Below are positions 25,601-40,114 of a stretch of DNA of 64,000 nucleotides, piece by piece. The position numbers and the translations under genes were made by a program. A model generated the notes under the pieces. The model had not been told where the DNA came from and did not search any database. It worked only from the letters and a program-made list of their open reading frames with translations. The DNA is from Azolla caroliniana. Lineage: Eukaryota > Plantae > Polypodiophyta. The stretch covers positions 124,001 to 188,000 of the forward strand of contig JBHGNT010000023.1 of the NCBI GenBank assembly GCA_043228905.1. Reading direction: 5' to 3'. How positions within the stretch are numbered: position 1 is the stretch's first letter; every line of letters starts with the position of its first letter.

Positions 25601-28600
25601 GATTTTTGTGTTCAAACATGCGAATCGAAGCTAACTACGCTAGCTATGATATAGAATTAAAAAATCAAGATTTTGAAACTTAGGTCGAGAGACATGAACA
25701 AATTAGCAAATTTGAGGAGGGAGTGGACAAGAGCTAGTAGGTAAATTAAAATGTTCATACGTGGCTCGTGTGATATCGGATTTTTGTGTTGAAACTTGCG
25801 AATCGAAGCTAACAACGCTTGCTATGATACAGAATTAAAACATCAAGATTTTGAAACTCAGGTCGAGAGACATGAAGAAATTAGCAAATTTGAGGAGGGA
25901 GTGGAGAAGAGCGCGTAGGTAAATTAAAATATTCATACCTGGCTCGTGTGATATTGGATTTTTCTGTTCAAACATGCGAATCGAAACTAACTACGCTAGC
26001 TATGATACAGAATTAAAAAATCAAGATTTTGAAACTCAGGTCGAGAGACATGAAACAAATTAGCAAATTTGAGGAGGGAGTGGACAAGAGATAGTAGCTA
26101 AATTAAAATGTTCATACCTGGCTCGTGTGATATCGGATTTTTGTGTTCCAACATGCGAATCGAAGCTAGCTACGCTACCTATGATACAGAATTAAAAAAT
26201 CAAGATTTTGAAACTCAGGTCGAGAGACATGAACAAATTAGCAAATTTTAGGAGGGAGTGGACAAGAGATAGTAGGTAAATTAAAATGTTCATACCTGGC
26301 TCGTGTGATATCGGATTTTTGTGTTCAAACATGTGAATCGAAGCTAACTACGCTAACTATGATATAGAATTAAAAAATCAAGATGTTGAAACTCAGGTCG
26401 AGAGACATGAAGAAATTAGCAAATTTGAGGAGGGAGTGGACAAGACCTAGTAGGTAAATTAAAATGTTCATACCTGGCTCGTTTGATATCGGATTTTTGT
26501 GTTCAAACATGCGAATCGAAGCTAACTACACTAGCTATGATACAGAATTAAAAAATCAAGATTTTGAAACTCAGCTCGAGAGACATGAAGAAATTAGCAA
26601 ATTTGAGGAGGGAGTGGACAAGAGCTAGTAGGTAAATTAAAATGTTCATACCTGGCTCGTGTGATATCGGATTTTTGTGTTCAAACTTGCGAATCGAAGC
26701 TAACTACGCTAGCTATGATATAGAATTAAAAAATCAAAGTTTTGAAACTCAGGTCGAGAGACATGAAGAAATTAGCAAATTTGAGGAGGGAGTGGACGAG
26801 AGCGCGTAGGTAAATTAAAATGTTCATACCTGGCTCGTGTGATATCGGACTTTTGTGTTCAAACTTGCGAATCGAAGCTAACAACGCTTGCTATGACACA
26901 GAATTAAAAAATCAAGATTTTGAAACTCAGGTCGAGAGACATGAAGAAATTAGAAAATTTGAGGAGTGAGTGGACAAGAGCTAGTAGGTAAATTAAAATG
27001 TTCATACCTGGCTCGTTTGATATCGGATTTTTGTGTTCAAACATGCGAATCGAAGCTAACTACGCTAGGTATGATACAGAATTAAAAAATCAAGATTTTG
27101 AAACTCAGCTCCAGAGACATGACCGAATTAGCAAATTTGAGGAGGGAGTGGACAAGAGCTAGTAGGTAAATTAAAATGTTCATACGTGGCTCGTGTGATA
27201 TCGGATTTTTGTGTTGAAACTTGCGAATCGAAGCTAACTACGCTAGCTATGATACAGAATTAAAAAATCAAGATTTTGAAACTCAGGTCGAGAGACATGA
27301 ACAAATTAGCAAATTTGAGGAGGGAGTGGACAAGAGCTACTAGGTAAATTAAAATGTTCATACCTAGCTCGTTTGATATCGGATTTTTGTGTTCAAACAT
27401 GCGAATCGAAGCTAACTCCGCTAGCTATGATACAGAATTAAAAAATCAAGATTTTAAAACTCAGGTCGAGAGACATGAAGAAATTAGCAAATTTGAGGAG
27501 GGAGTGGACAAGAGCTAGTAGGTAAATTAAAATATTCATACCTGGCTCGTGTGATATCGGATTTTTGTGTTCAAACATGCGAATCGAAGCTAACTACGCT
27601 AGCTATGATACAGAATTAAAAAATCAAGATTTTGAAACTTAGGTCGAAAGACATGAAGAAATTAGCAAATTTGAGGAGGGAGTGGACAAGAGCTACTAGG
27701 TAAATTAAAATGTTCATACCTGGCTCGTTTGATATCGGATTTTTGTGTTCAAACATGCGAATCGAAGCTAACTCCGGTAGCTATGATACAGAATTAAAAA
27801 ATCAAGATTTTAAAACTCAGGTCGAGAGACATGAACAAATTAGCAAATTTGAGGAGGGAGTGGACAAGAGCTAGTAGGTAAATTAAAATATTCATACCTG
27901 GCTCGCGTGATATCGGATTTTTGTGTTCAAACATGCGAATCGAAGCTAACTACGCTAGCTATGATATAGAATTAAAAAATCAAGATTTTGAAACTTTGGT
28001 CGAGAGACATGAACAAATTAGCAAATTTGAGGAGGGAGTGGACAAGAGCTAGTAGGTAAATTAAAATGTTCATACGAGGCTCGTGTGATATCGGATTTTT
28101 GTGTTCAAACATGCGAATCGAAGCTAACTACGCTAGCTATGATACAGAATTAAAAAATCAAGATTTTGAAACTCAGGTCGAGAGACATGAAGAAATTAGC
28201 AAATGTGAGGAGGGACTGGACAAGAGCGCGTAGGTAAATTAAAATGTTCATACCTGGCTCGTGTGATATCGGACTTTTGTGTTCAAACTTGCGAATCGAA
28301 GCTAACAACGCTTGCTATGACACAGAATTAAAAAATCAAGATTTTGAAACTCAGGTCGAGAGACATGAAGAAATTAGCAAATTTGAGGAGCGAGTGGACA
28401 AGAGATAGTAGCTAAATTAAAATGTTCATACCTGGCTCGTGTGATATCGGATTTTTGTGTTCAAACATGAGAATCGAAGCTAACAAAGCTTGCTATGATA
28501 CAGAATTAAAAAATCAAGATTTTGAAACTCAGGTCGAGAGACATGAAGAAATTAGCAAATTTGAGGAGGGAGTGGACAAGAGCTAGTAGGTAAATTAAAA

Positions 28601-31600
28601 TGTTCATACGTGGCTCGTGTGATATCGGATTTTGTGTTCAAACATGCGAATCGAAGCTAACTACACTAGCTATGATACAGAATTAAAAAATCAAAATTTT
28701 GGAACTCAGGTCGAGAGACATGAAGAAATTAGCAAATTTGAGGAGGGAGTGGACAAGAGCTAGTAGGTAAATTAAAATGTTCATACCTGCCTCATGTGAT
28801 ATCGGATTTTTGTGTTCAAACTTGCGAATCGAAGCTAACAACGCTTGCTATGATATAGAATTAAAAAATCAAGACTTTAAAACTCAGGTCGAGAGACATG
28901 ACCGAATTAGCAAATTTGAGGAGGGAGTGGACAAGAGCTAGTAGGTAAATTAAAATGTTCATACCTGGCTCGTGTGATATCGGATTTTTGTGTTCAAACT
29001 TGCGAATCGAAGCTAACAACGGTTGCTATGATACAGAATTAAAAAATCAATATTTTGGAACTCAGGTCGAGAGACATAAAGAAATTAGCAACTTTGAGGA
29101 GGGAGTGGACAAGAGCCCGTAGGTAAACTAAAATGTTCATACGTGGCTCGTGTGATATCGGATTTTTGTGTTGAAACTTGCGAATCGAAGCTAACAACGC
29201 TTGCTATGATACAGAATTAAAAAATCAAGATTTTGAAACTCAGGTCGAGAGACATGAAGAAATTAGCAAATTTGAGGAGGGAGTGGACAAGAGCTAGTAG
29301 GTAAATTAAAATGTTCATACCTGGCTCGTGTGATATCGGATTTTTGTGTTCAAACATGCGAATCGAAGCTAACTACGCTAGCTATGATACAGAATTAAAA
29401 AATCAAGATTTTGAAACTCAGGTCGAGAGACATGAGGAAATTAGCAAATTTGAGGAGGGAGTGGACAAGAGATAGTAGGTAAATTAAAATGTTCATACCT
29501 GGCTCGTTTGATATCGGAGTTTTGTGTTCAAACATGCGAATCGAAGCTAACTACGCTAGCTATGATACAGAATTAAAAAATCAAGATTTTGAAACTTAGG
29601 TCGAAAGACATGAAGAAATTAGCAAATTTGAGGAGGGAGTGGACAAGAGCTAGTAGGTAAATTAAAATGTTCATACCTGGCTCGTGTGATATCGGATTTT
29701 TGTGTTCAAACATGTGAATCGAAGCTAACTACGCTAGCTATAATACAGAATTAAAAACTCAAGATTTTCAAACTCAGGTCGAGAGACATGAACAAATTAG
29801 CAAATTTGAGGAGGGAGTGGACAAGAGCTAGTAGGTAAATTAAAATGTTCATACGTGGCTCGTGTGATATCGGATTTTTGTGTTCAAACATGCAAATCGA
29901 AGCTAACTACGCTAGCTATGATACAGAATTAAAAAATCAAGATTTTGAAACTCAGGTCGAGAGACATGAAGAAATTAGCAAATTTGAGGAGGGAGTGGAC
30001 AAGAGCTACTAGGTAAATTAAAATATTCATACCTGGCTCGTGTGATATCGGATTTTTCTGTTCAAGCATGCGAATCGAAACTAACTACGCTAGCTATGAT
30101 ACAGAATTAAAAAATCAAGATTTTGAAACTCAGGTCAAGAGACATGAAGAAATTAGCAAATTTGAGGAGCGAGTGGACAAGAGATAGTAGCTAAATTAAA
30201 ATGTTCATACCTGGCTCGTGTGATATCGGATTTTTGTGTTCAAACATGGAATCGAAGCTAACTACGCTACCTATGATACAGAATTAAAAAATCAAGATTT
30301 TGAAACTCAGGTCAAGAGACATGAACAAATTAGCAAATTTGAGGAGGGAGTGGACAAGAGATAGTAGGTAAATTAAAATGTTCATACCTGGCTCGCGTGA
30401 TATCGGATTTTTGTGTTCAAACATGCGAATCGAAGCTAACTACGCTAGCTATGATATAGAATTAAAAAATCAAGATTTTGAAACTTAGGTCGAGAGACAT
30501 GAACAAATTAGCAAATGTGAGGAGGGAGTGGACAAGAGCTAGTAGGTAAATTAAAATGTTCATACGTGGCTCGTGTGATATCGGATTTTTGTGTTGAAAC
30601 TTGCGAATCGAAGCTAACAACGCTTGCTATGATACAGAATTAAAACATCAAGATTTTGAAACTCAGGTCGAGAGACATGAAGAAATTAGCAAATTTGAGG
30701 AGGGAGTGGAGAAGAGCGCGTAGGTAAATTAAAATATTCATACCTGGCTCGTGTGATATTGGATTTTTCTGTTCAAACATGCGAATCGAAACTAACTACG
30801 CTAGCTATGATACAGAATTAAAAAATCAAGATTTTGAAACTCAGGTCGAGAGACATGAAACAAATTAGCAAATTTGAGGAGGGAGTGGACAAGAGATAGT
30901 AGCTAAATTAAAATGTTCATACCTGGCTCGTGTGATATCGGATTTTTGTGTTCCAACATGCGAATCGAAGCTAGCTACGCTACCTATGATACAGAACTAA
31001 AAAATCAAGATTTTGAAACTCAGGTCGAGAGACATGAACAAATTAGCAAATTTTAGGAGGGAGTGGACAAGAGATAGTAGGTAAATTAAAATGTTCATAC
31101 CTGGCTCGTGTGATATCGGATTTTTGTGTTCAAACATGTGAATCGAAGCTAACTACGCTAACTATGATATAGAATTAAAAAATCAAGATGTTGAAACTCA
31201 GGTCGAGAGACATGAAGAAATTAGCAAATTTGAGGAGGGAGTGGACAAGACCTAGTAGGTAAATTAAAATGTTCATACCTGGCTCGTTTGATATCGGATT
31301 TTTGTGTTCAAACATGCGAATCGAAGCTAACTACACTAGCTATGATACAGAATTAAAAAATCAAGATTTTGAAACTCAGCTCGAGAGACATGAAGAAATT
31401 AGCAAATTTGAGGAGGGAGTGGACAAGAGCTAGTAGGTAAATTAAAATGTTCATACCTGGCTCGTGTGATATCGGATTTTTGTGTTCAAACTTGCGAATC
31501 GAAGCTAACTACGCTAGCTATGATATAGAATTAAAAAATCAAAGTTTTGAAACTCAGGTCGAGAGACATGAAGAAATTAGCAAATTTGAGGAGGGAGTGG

Positions 31601-32280
31601 ACGAGAGCGCGTAGGTAAATTAAAATGTTCATACCTGGCTCGTGTGATATCGGACTTTTGTGTTCAAACTTGCGAATCGAAGCTAACAACGCTTGCTATG
31701 ACACAGAATTAAAAAATCAAGATTTTGAAACTCAGGTCGAGAGACATGAAGAAATTAGAAAATTTGAGGAGGGACTGGACAAGAGTTAGTAGGTAAATTA
31801 AAATGTTCATACCTGGCTCGTTTGATATCGGATTTTTGTGTTCAAACATGCGAATCGAAGCTAACTACGCTAGGTATGATACAGAATTAAAAAATCAAGA
31901 TTTTGAAACTCAGCTCCAGAGACATGACCGAATTAGCAAATTTGAGGAGGGAGTGGACAAGAGCTAGTAGGTAAATTAAAATGTTCATACGTGGCTCGTG
32001 TGATATCGGATTTTTGTGTTGAAACTTGCGAATCGAAGCTAACTACGCTAGCTATGATACAGAATTAAAAAATCAAGATTTTGAAACTCAGGTCGAGAGA
32101 CATGAACAAATTAGCAAATTTGAGGAGGGAGTGGACAAGAGCTACTAGGTAAATTAAAATGTTCATACCTAGCTCGTTTGATATCGGATTTTTGTGTTCA
32201 AACATGCGAATCGAAGCTAACTCCGCTAGCTATGATACAGAATTAAAAAATCAAGATTTTAAAACTCAGGTCGAGAGACA
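22650..32280 (+). repeat. Near-tandem duplication of a 27/28-monomer block (about 4.8-5.0 kb)
   Basis: Offset 4983 (28x178-1) for 'agcccgtagg' at 24131/29114 and the 'aactccg' variant at 22791/27774. Offset 4805 (27x178-1) for 'atggaatcga' at 25441/30246 and 'tacctagctc' at 27361/32166. The first copy has one extra monomer near 24300-24480. Confidence 0.88.
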
Positions 32281-35200
32281 TGAACAAATTAGCAAATTTG
32301 AGGAGGGAGTGGACAAGAGCTAGTAGGTAAATTAAAATATTCATACCTGGCTCGCGTGATATCGGATTTTTGTGTTCAAACATGCGAATCGAAGCTAACT
32401 ACGCTAGCTATGATATAGAATTAAAAAATCAAGATTTTGAAACTTTGGTCGAGAGACATGAACAAATTAGCAAATTTGAGGAGGGAGTGGACAAGAGCTA
32501 GTAGGTAAATTAAAATGTTCATACGAGGCTCGTGTGATATCGGATTTTTGTGTTCAAACATGCGAATCGAAGCTAACTACGCTAGCTATGATACAGAATT
32601 AAAAAATCAAGATTTTGAAACTCAGGTTGATAGACATGAAGAAATTAGCAAATTTGAGGAGGGAGTGGACAAGAGCTAGTAGGTAAATTAAAATGTTCAT
32701 ACCTGGCTCGTTTGATATCGGATTTTTGTGTTCAAACATGCAAATCGAAGCTAACTACACTAGCTATGATACAGAATTAAAAAATCAAGATTTTGAAACT
32801 CAGGTCGAGAGACATGAAGAAATTAGCAAATTTGAGGAGGGAGTGGACAAGAGCTAGTAGGTAAATTAAAATGTTCATACCTGGCTCGTGTGATATCGGA
32901 TTTTTGTGTTCAAACTTGCGAATCGAAGCTAACTATGCTAGCTATGATATAGAATTAAAAAATCAAAGTTTTGAAACTCAGGTCGAGAGACATGAAGAAA
33001 TTAGCAAATTTGAGGAGGGAGTGGACGAGAGCGCGTAGGGAAATTAAAATGTTCATACCTGGCTCGTGTGATATCGGACTTTTGTGTTCAAACTTGCGAA
33101 TCGAAGCTAACAACGCTTGCTATGACACAGAATTAAAAAATCAAGATTTTGAAACTCAGGTCGAGAGACATGAAGAAATTAGAAAATTTGAGGAGGGAGT
33201 GGACAAGAGCTAGTAGGTAAATTAAAATGTTCATACCTGGCTCGTTTGATATCGGATTTTTGTGTTCAAACATGCAAATCGAAGCTAACTACACTAGCTA
33301 TGATACAGAATTAAAAAATCAAGATTTTGAAACTCAGGTCGAGAGACATGAAGAAATTAGCAAATGTGAGGAGGGAGTGGACAAGAGCGCGTAGGTAAAT
33401 TAAAATGTTCATACCTGGCTCGTGTGATATCGGACTTTTGTGTTCAAACTTGCGAATCGAAGCTAACAACGCTTGCTATGACACAGAATTAAAAAATCAA
33501 GATTTTGAAACTCAGGTCGAGAGACATGAAGAACTTAGCAAATGTGAGGAGGGAGTGGACAAGACCTAGTACGTAAATTAAAATGTTCATACGTGGCTCG
33601 TGTGATATCGGATTTTTGTGTTGAAACTTGCGAATCGAAGCTAACTACGCTAGCTATGATACAGAATTAAAAAATCAAGATTTTGAAACTCAGGTCGAGA
33701 GACATGAACAAATTAGCAAATTTGAGGAGGGAGTGGACAAGAGCTACTAGGTAAATTAAAATGTTCATACCTAGCTCGTTTGATATCGGATTTTTGTGTT
33801 CAAACATGCGAATCGAAGCTAACTCCGCTAGCTATGATACAGAATTAAAAAATCAAGATTTTAAAACTCAGGTCGAGAGACATGAACAAATTAGCAAATT
33901 TGAGGAGGGAGTGGACAAGAGCTAGTAGGTAAATTAAAATATTCATACCTGGCTCGCGTGATATCGGATTTTTGTGTTCAAACATGCGAATCGAAGCTAA
34001 CTACGCTAGCTATGATATAGAATTAAAAAATCAAGATTTTGAAACTTTGGTCGAGAGACATGAACAAATTAGCAAATTTGAGGAGGGAGTGGACAAGAGC
34101 TAGTAGGTAAATTAAAATGTTCATACGAGGCTCGTGTGATATCGGATTTTTGTGTTCAAACATGCGAATCGAAGCTAACTACGCTAGCTATGATACAGAA
34201 TTAAAAAATCAAGATTTTGAAACTCAGGTTGATAGACATGAAGAAATTAGCAAATTTGAGGAGGGAGTGGACAAGAGCTAGTAGGTAAATTAAAATGTTC
34301 ATACCTGGCTCGTTTGATATCGGATTTTTGTGTTCAAACATGCAAATCGAAGCTAACTACACTAGCTATGATACAGAATTAAAAAATCAAGATTTTGAAA
34401 CTCAGGTCGAGAGACATGAAGAAATTAGCAAATTTGAGGAGGGAGTGGACAAGAGCTAGTAGGTAAATTAAAATGTTCATACCTGGCTCGTGTGATATCG
34501 GATTTTTGTGTTCAAACTTGCGAATCGAAGCTAACTATGCTAGCTATGATATAGAATTAAAAAATCAAAGTTTTGAAACTCAGGTCGAGAGACATGAAGA
34601 AATTAGCAAATTTGAGGAGGGAGTGGACGAGAGCGCGTAGGGAAATTAAAATGTTCATACCTGGCTCGTGTGATATCGGACTTTTGTGTTCAAACTTGCG
34701 AATCGAAGCTAACAACGCTTGCTATGACACAGAATTAAAAAATCAAGATTTTGAAACTCAGGTCGAGAGACATGAAGAAATTAGAAAATTTGAGGAGGGA
34801 GTGGACAAGAGCTAGTAGGTAAATTAAAATGTTCATACCTGGCTCGTTTGATATCGGATTTTTGTGTTCAAACATGCAAATCGAAGCTAACTACACTAGC
34901 TATGATACAGAATTAAAAAATCAAGATTTTGAAACTCAGGTCGAGAGACATGAAGAAATTAGCAAATGTGAGGAGGGAGTGGACAAGAGCGCGTAGGTAA
35001 ATTAAAATGTTCATACCTGGCTCGTGTGATATCGGACTTTTGTGTTCAAACTTGCGAATCGAAGCTAACAACGCTTGCTATGACACAGAATTAAAAAATC
35101 AAGATTTTGAAACTCAGGTCGAGAGACATGAAGAACTTAGCAAATGTGAGGAGGGAGTGGACAAGACCTAGTACGTAAATTAAAATGTTCATACCTGGCT

Positions 35201-38200
35201 CGTGTGATATCGGATTTTTGTGTTCAAACTTGCGAATCGAAGCTAACAACGCTTGCTATGACACAGAATTAAAAAATCAAGATTTTGAAACTCAGGTCGA
35301 GAGACATGAACAAATTAGCAAATTTGAGGAGGGAGTGGACATGACCTAGTAGGTAAATTAAAATGTTCATACCCGGCACGTGTGATATCGGATTTTTGTG
35401 TTCAAACATGAGAATCGAAGCTAACAACGCTTGCTATGATACAGAATTAAAAAATCAAGATTTTGAAACTCAGGTCGAGAGACATGAAGAAATTAGCAAA
35501 TTTGAGGAGGGAGTGGACAAGAGCTAGTAGGTAAATTAAAATGTTCATACGTGGCTCGTGTGATATCGGATTTTGTGTTCAAACATGCGAATCGAAGCTA
35601 ACTACACTAGCTATGATACAGAATTAAAAAATCAAGATTTTGGAACTCAGGTCGAGAGACATGAAGAAATTAGCAAATTTGAGGAGGGAGTGGACAAGAG
35701 GTAGTAGGTAAATTAAAATGTTCATACCTGCCTCATGTGATATCGGATTTTTGTGTTCAAACTTGCGAATCGAAGCTAACAACGCTTGCTATGATATAGA
35801 ATTAAAAAATCAAGACTTTAAAACTCAGGTCGAGAGACATGACCGAATTAGCAAATTTGAGGAGGGAGTGGACAAGAGCTAGTAGGTAAATTAAAATGTT
35901 CATACCTGGCTCGTGTGATATCGGATTTTTGTGTTCAAACTTGCGAATCGAAGCTAACAACGGTTACTATGATACAGAATTAAAAAATCAATATTTTGGA
36001 ACTCAGGTCGAGAGACATAAAGAAATTAGCAACTTTGAGGAGGGAGTGGACAAGAGCGCGTAGGTAAATTAAAATGTTCATACGTGGCTCGTGTGATATC
36101 GGATTTTTGTGTTGAAACTTGCGAATCGAAGCTAACAACGCTTGCTATGATACAGAATTAAAAAATCAAGATTTTGAAACTCAGGTCGAGAGACATGAAC
36201 AAATTAGCAAATTTGAGGAGGGAGTGGACAAGAGCTAGTAGGTAAATTAAAATATTCATACCTGGCTCGCGTGATATCGGATTTTTGTGTTCAAACATGC
36301 GAATCGAAGCTAACTACGCTAGCTATGATATAGAATTAAAAAATCAAGATTTTGAAACTTTGGTCGAGAGACATGAACAAATTAGCAAATTTGAGGAGGG
36401 AGTGGACAAGAGCTAGTAGGTAAATTAAAATGTTCATACGAGGCTCGTGTGATATCGGATTTTTGTGTTCAAACATGCGAATCGAAGCTAACTACGCTAG
36501 CTATGATACAGAATTAAAAAATCAAGATTTTGAAACTCAGGTTGATAGACATGAAGAAATTAGCAAATTTGAGGAGGGAGTGGACAAGAGCTAGTAGGTA
36601 AATTAAAATGTTCATACCTGGCTCGTTTGATATCGGATTTTTGTGTTCAAACATGCAAATCGAAGCTAACTACACTAGCTATGATACAGAATTAAAAAAT
36701 CAAGATTTTGAAACTCAGATCGAGAGACATGAAGAAATTAGCAAATTTAAGGAGGGAGTGGACAAGAGCTAGTAGGTAAATTAAAATGTTCATACCTGGC
36801 TCGTGTGATATCGGATTTTTGTGTTCAAACTTGCGAATCGAAGCTAACTATGCTAGCTATGATATAGAATTAAAAAATCAAAGTTTTGAAACTCAGGTCG
36901 AGAGACATGAAGAAATTAGCAAATTTGAGGAGGGAGTGGACGAGAGCGCGTAGGGAAATTAAAATGTTCATACCTGGCTCGTGTGATATCGGACTTTTGT
37001 GTTCAAACTTGCGAATCGAAGCTAACAACGCTTGCTATGACACAGAATTAAAAAATCAAGATTTTGAAACTCAGGTCGAGAGACATGAAGAAATTAGAAA
37101 ATTTGAGGAGGGAGTGGACAAGAGCTAGTAGGTAAATTAAAATGTTCATACCTGGCTCGTTTGATATCGGATTTTTGTGTTCAAACATGCAAATCGAAGC
37201 TAACTACACTAGCTATGATACAGAATTAAAAAATCAAGATTTTGAAACTCAGGTCGAGAGACATGAAGAAATTAGCAAATGTGAGGAGGGAGTGGACAAG
37301 AGCGCGTAGGTAAATTAAAATGTTCATACCTGGCTCGTGTGATATCGGACTTTTGTGTTCAAACTTGCGAATCGAAGCTAACAACGCTTGCTATGACACA
37401 GAATTAAAAAATCAAGATTTTGAAACTCAGGTCGAGAGACATGAAGAACTTAGCAAATGTGAGGAGGGAGTGGACAAGAGCGCGTAGGTAAATTTAAATG
37501 TTCATACGTGGCTCGTGTGATATCGGATTTTTGTGTTGAAACTTGCGAATCGAAGCTAACTACGCTAGCTATGATACAGAATTAAAAAATCAAGATTTTG
37601 AAACTCAGGTCGAGAGACATGAACAAATTAGCAAATTTGAGGAGGGAGTGGACAAGAGCTACTAGGTAAATTAAAATGTTCATACCTAGCTCGTTTGATA
37701 TCGGATTTTTGTGTTCAAACATGCGAATCGAAGCTAACTCCGCTAGCTATGATACAGAATTAAAAAATCAAGATTTTAAAACTCAGGTCGAGAGACATGA
37801 ACAAATTAGCAAATTTGAGGAGGGAGTGGACAAGAGCTAGTAGGTAAATTAAAATATTCATACCTGGCTCGCGTGATATCGGATTTTTGTGTTCAAACAT
37901 GCGAATCGAAGCTAACTACGCTAGCTATGATATAGAATTAAAAAATCAAGATTTTGAAACTTTGGTCGAGAGACATGAACAAATTAGCAAATTTGAGGAG
38001 GGAGTGGACAAGAGCTAGTAGGTAAATTAAAATGTTCATACGAGGCTCGTGTGATATCGGATTTTTGTGTTCAAACATGCGAATCGAAGCTAACTACGCT
38101 AGCTATGATACAGAATTAAAAAATCAAGATTTTGAAACTCAGGTTGATAGACATGAAGAAATTAGCAAATTTGAGGAGGGAGTGGACAAGAGCTAGTAGG

Positions 38201-40114
38201 TAAATTAAAATGTTCATACCTGGCTCGTTTGATATCGGATTTTTGTGTTCAAACATGCAAATCGAAGCTAACTACACTAGCTATGATACAGAATTAAAAA
38301 ATCAAGATTTTGAAACTCAGGTCGAGAGACATGAAGAAATTAGCAAATTTGAGGAGGGAGTGGACAAGAGCTAGTAGGTAAATTAAAATGTTCATACCTG
38401 GCTCGTGTGATATCGGATTTTTGTGTTCAAACTTGCGAATCGAAGCTAACTATGCTAGCTATGATATAGAATTAAAAAATCAAAGTTTTGAAACTCAGGT
38501 CGAGAGACATGAAGAAATTAGCAAATTTGAGGAGGGAGTGGACGAGAGCGCGTAGGGAAATTAAAATGTTCATACCTGGCTCGTGTGATATCGGACTTTT
38601 GTGTTCAAACTTGCGAATCGAAGCTAACAACGCTTGCTATGACACAGAATTAAAAAATCAAGATTTTGAAACTCAGGTCGAGAGACATGAAGAAATTAGA
38701 AAATTTGAGGAGGGAGTGGACAAGAGCTAGTAGGTAAATTAAAATGTTCATACCTGGCTCGTTTGATATCGGATTTTTGTGTTCAAACATGCAAATCGAA
38801 GCTAACTACACTAGCTATGATACAGAATTAAAAAATCAAGATTTTGAAACTCAGGTCGAGAGACATGAAGAAATTAGCAAATGTGAGGAGGGAGTGGACA
38901 AGAGCGCGTAGGTAAATTAAAATGTTCATACCTGGCTCGTGTGATATCGGACTTTTGTGTTCAAACTTGCGAATCGAAGCTAACAACGCTTGCTATGACA
39001 CAGAATTAAAAAATCAAGATTTTGAAACTCAGGTCGAGAGACATGAAGAACTTAGCAAATGTGAGGAGGGAGTGGACAAGACCTAGTACGTAAATTAAAA
39101 TGTTCATACCTGGCTCGTGTGATATCGGATTTTTGTGTTCAAACTTGCGAATCGAAGCTAACAACGCTTGCTATGACACAGAATTAAAAAATCAAGATTT
39201 TGAAACTCAGGTCGAGAGACATGAACAAATTAGCAAATTTGAGGAGGGAGTGGACATGACCTAGTAGGTAAATTAAAATGTTCATACCCGGCACGTGTGA
39301 TATCGGATTTTTGTGTTCAAACATGAGAATCGAAGCTAACAACGCTTGCTATGATACAGAATTAAAAAATCAAGATTTTGAAACTCAGGTCGAGAGACAT
39401 GAAGAAATTAGCAAATTTGAGGAGGGAGTGGACAAGAGCTAGTAGGTAAATTAAAATGTTCATACGTGGCTCGTGTGATATCGGATTTTGTGTTCAAACA
39501 TGCGAATCGAAGCTAACTACACTAGCTATGATACAGAATTAAAAAATCAAGATTTTGGAACTCAGGTCGAGAGACATGAAGAAATTAGCAAATTTGAGGA
39601 GGGAGTGGACAAGAGGTAGTAGGTAAATTAAAATGTTCATACCTGCCTCATGTGATATCGGATTTTTGTGTTCAAACTTGCGAATCGAAGCTAACAACGC
39701 TTGCTATGATATAGAATTAAAAAATCAAGACTTTAAAACTCAGGTCGAGAGACATGACCGAATTAGCAAATTTGAGGAGGGAGTGGACAAGAGCTAGTAG
39801 GTAAATTAAAATGTTCATACCTGGCTCGTGTGATATCGGATTTTTGTGTTCAAACTTGCGAATCGAAGCTAACAACGGTTACTATGATACAGAATTAAAA
39901 AATCAATATTTTGGAACTCAGGTCGAGAGACATAAAGAAATTAGCAACTTTGAGGAGGGAGTGGACAAGAGCGCGTAGGTAAATTAAAATGTTCATACGT
40001 GGCTCGTGTGATATCGGATTTTTGTGTTGAAACTTGCGAATCGAAGCTAACAACGCTTGCTATGATACAGAATTAAAAAATCAAGATTTTGAAACTCAGG
40101 TCGAGAGACATGAA
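32262..40114 (+). repeat. Tandem 22-monomer (3915 bp) duplication with a nested 9-mer duplication
   Basis: Identical ORFs and the 'gcgtagggaaatt' variant occur at 32971, 34573, 36886 and 38488, with spacings 1602, 2313 and 1602, giving a period of 3915 = 22x178-1. 'acccggcacg' (about 35371/39286) and 'aagaggtag' (about 35696/39611) share the 3915 offset. Confidence 0.92.

Noticed and set aside
32971-38730. Four identical 80-aa + strand ORFs (MKLRSRDMKK...)
   Set aside because: They arise from a taa>gaa variant in one monomer that was copied by the 9-mer and 22-mer duplications. The translation is the repeat read in shifting frames.
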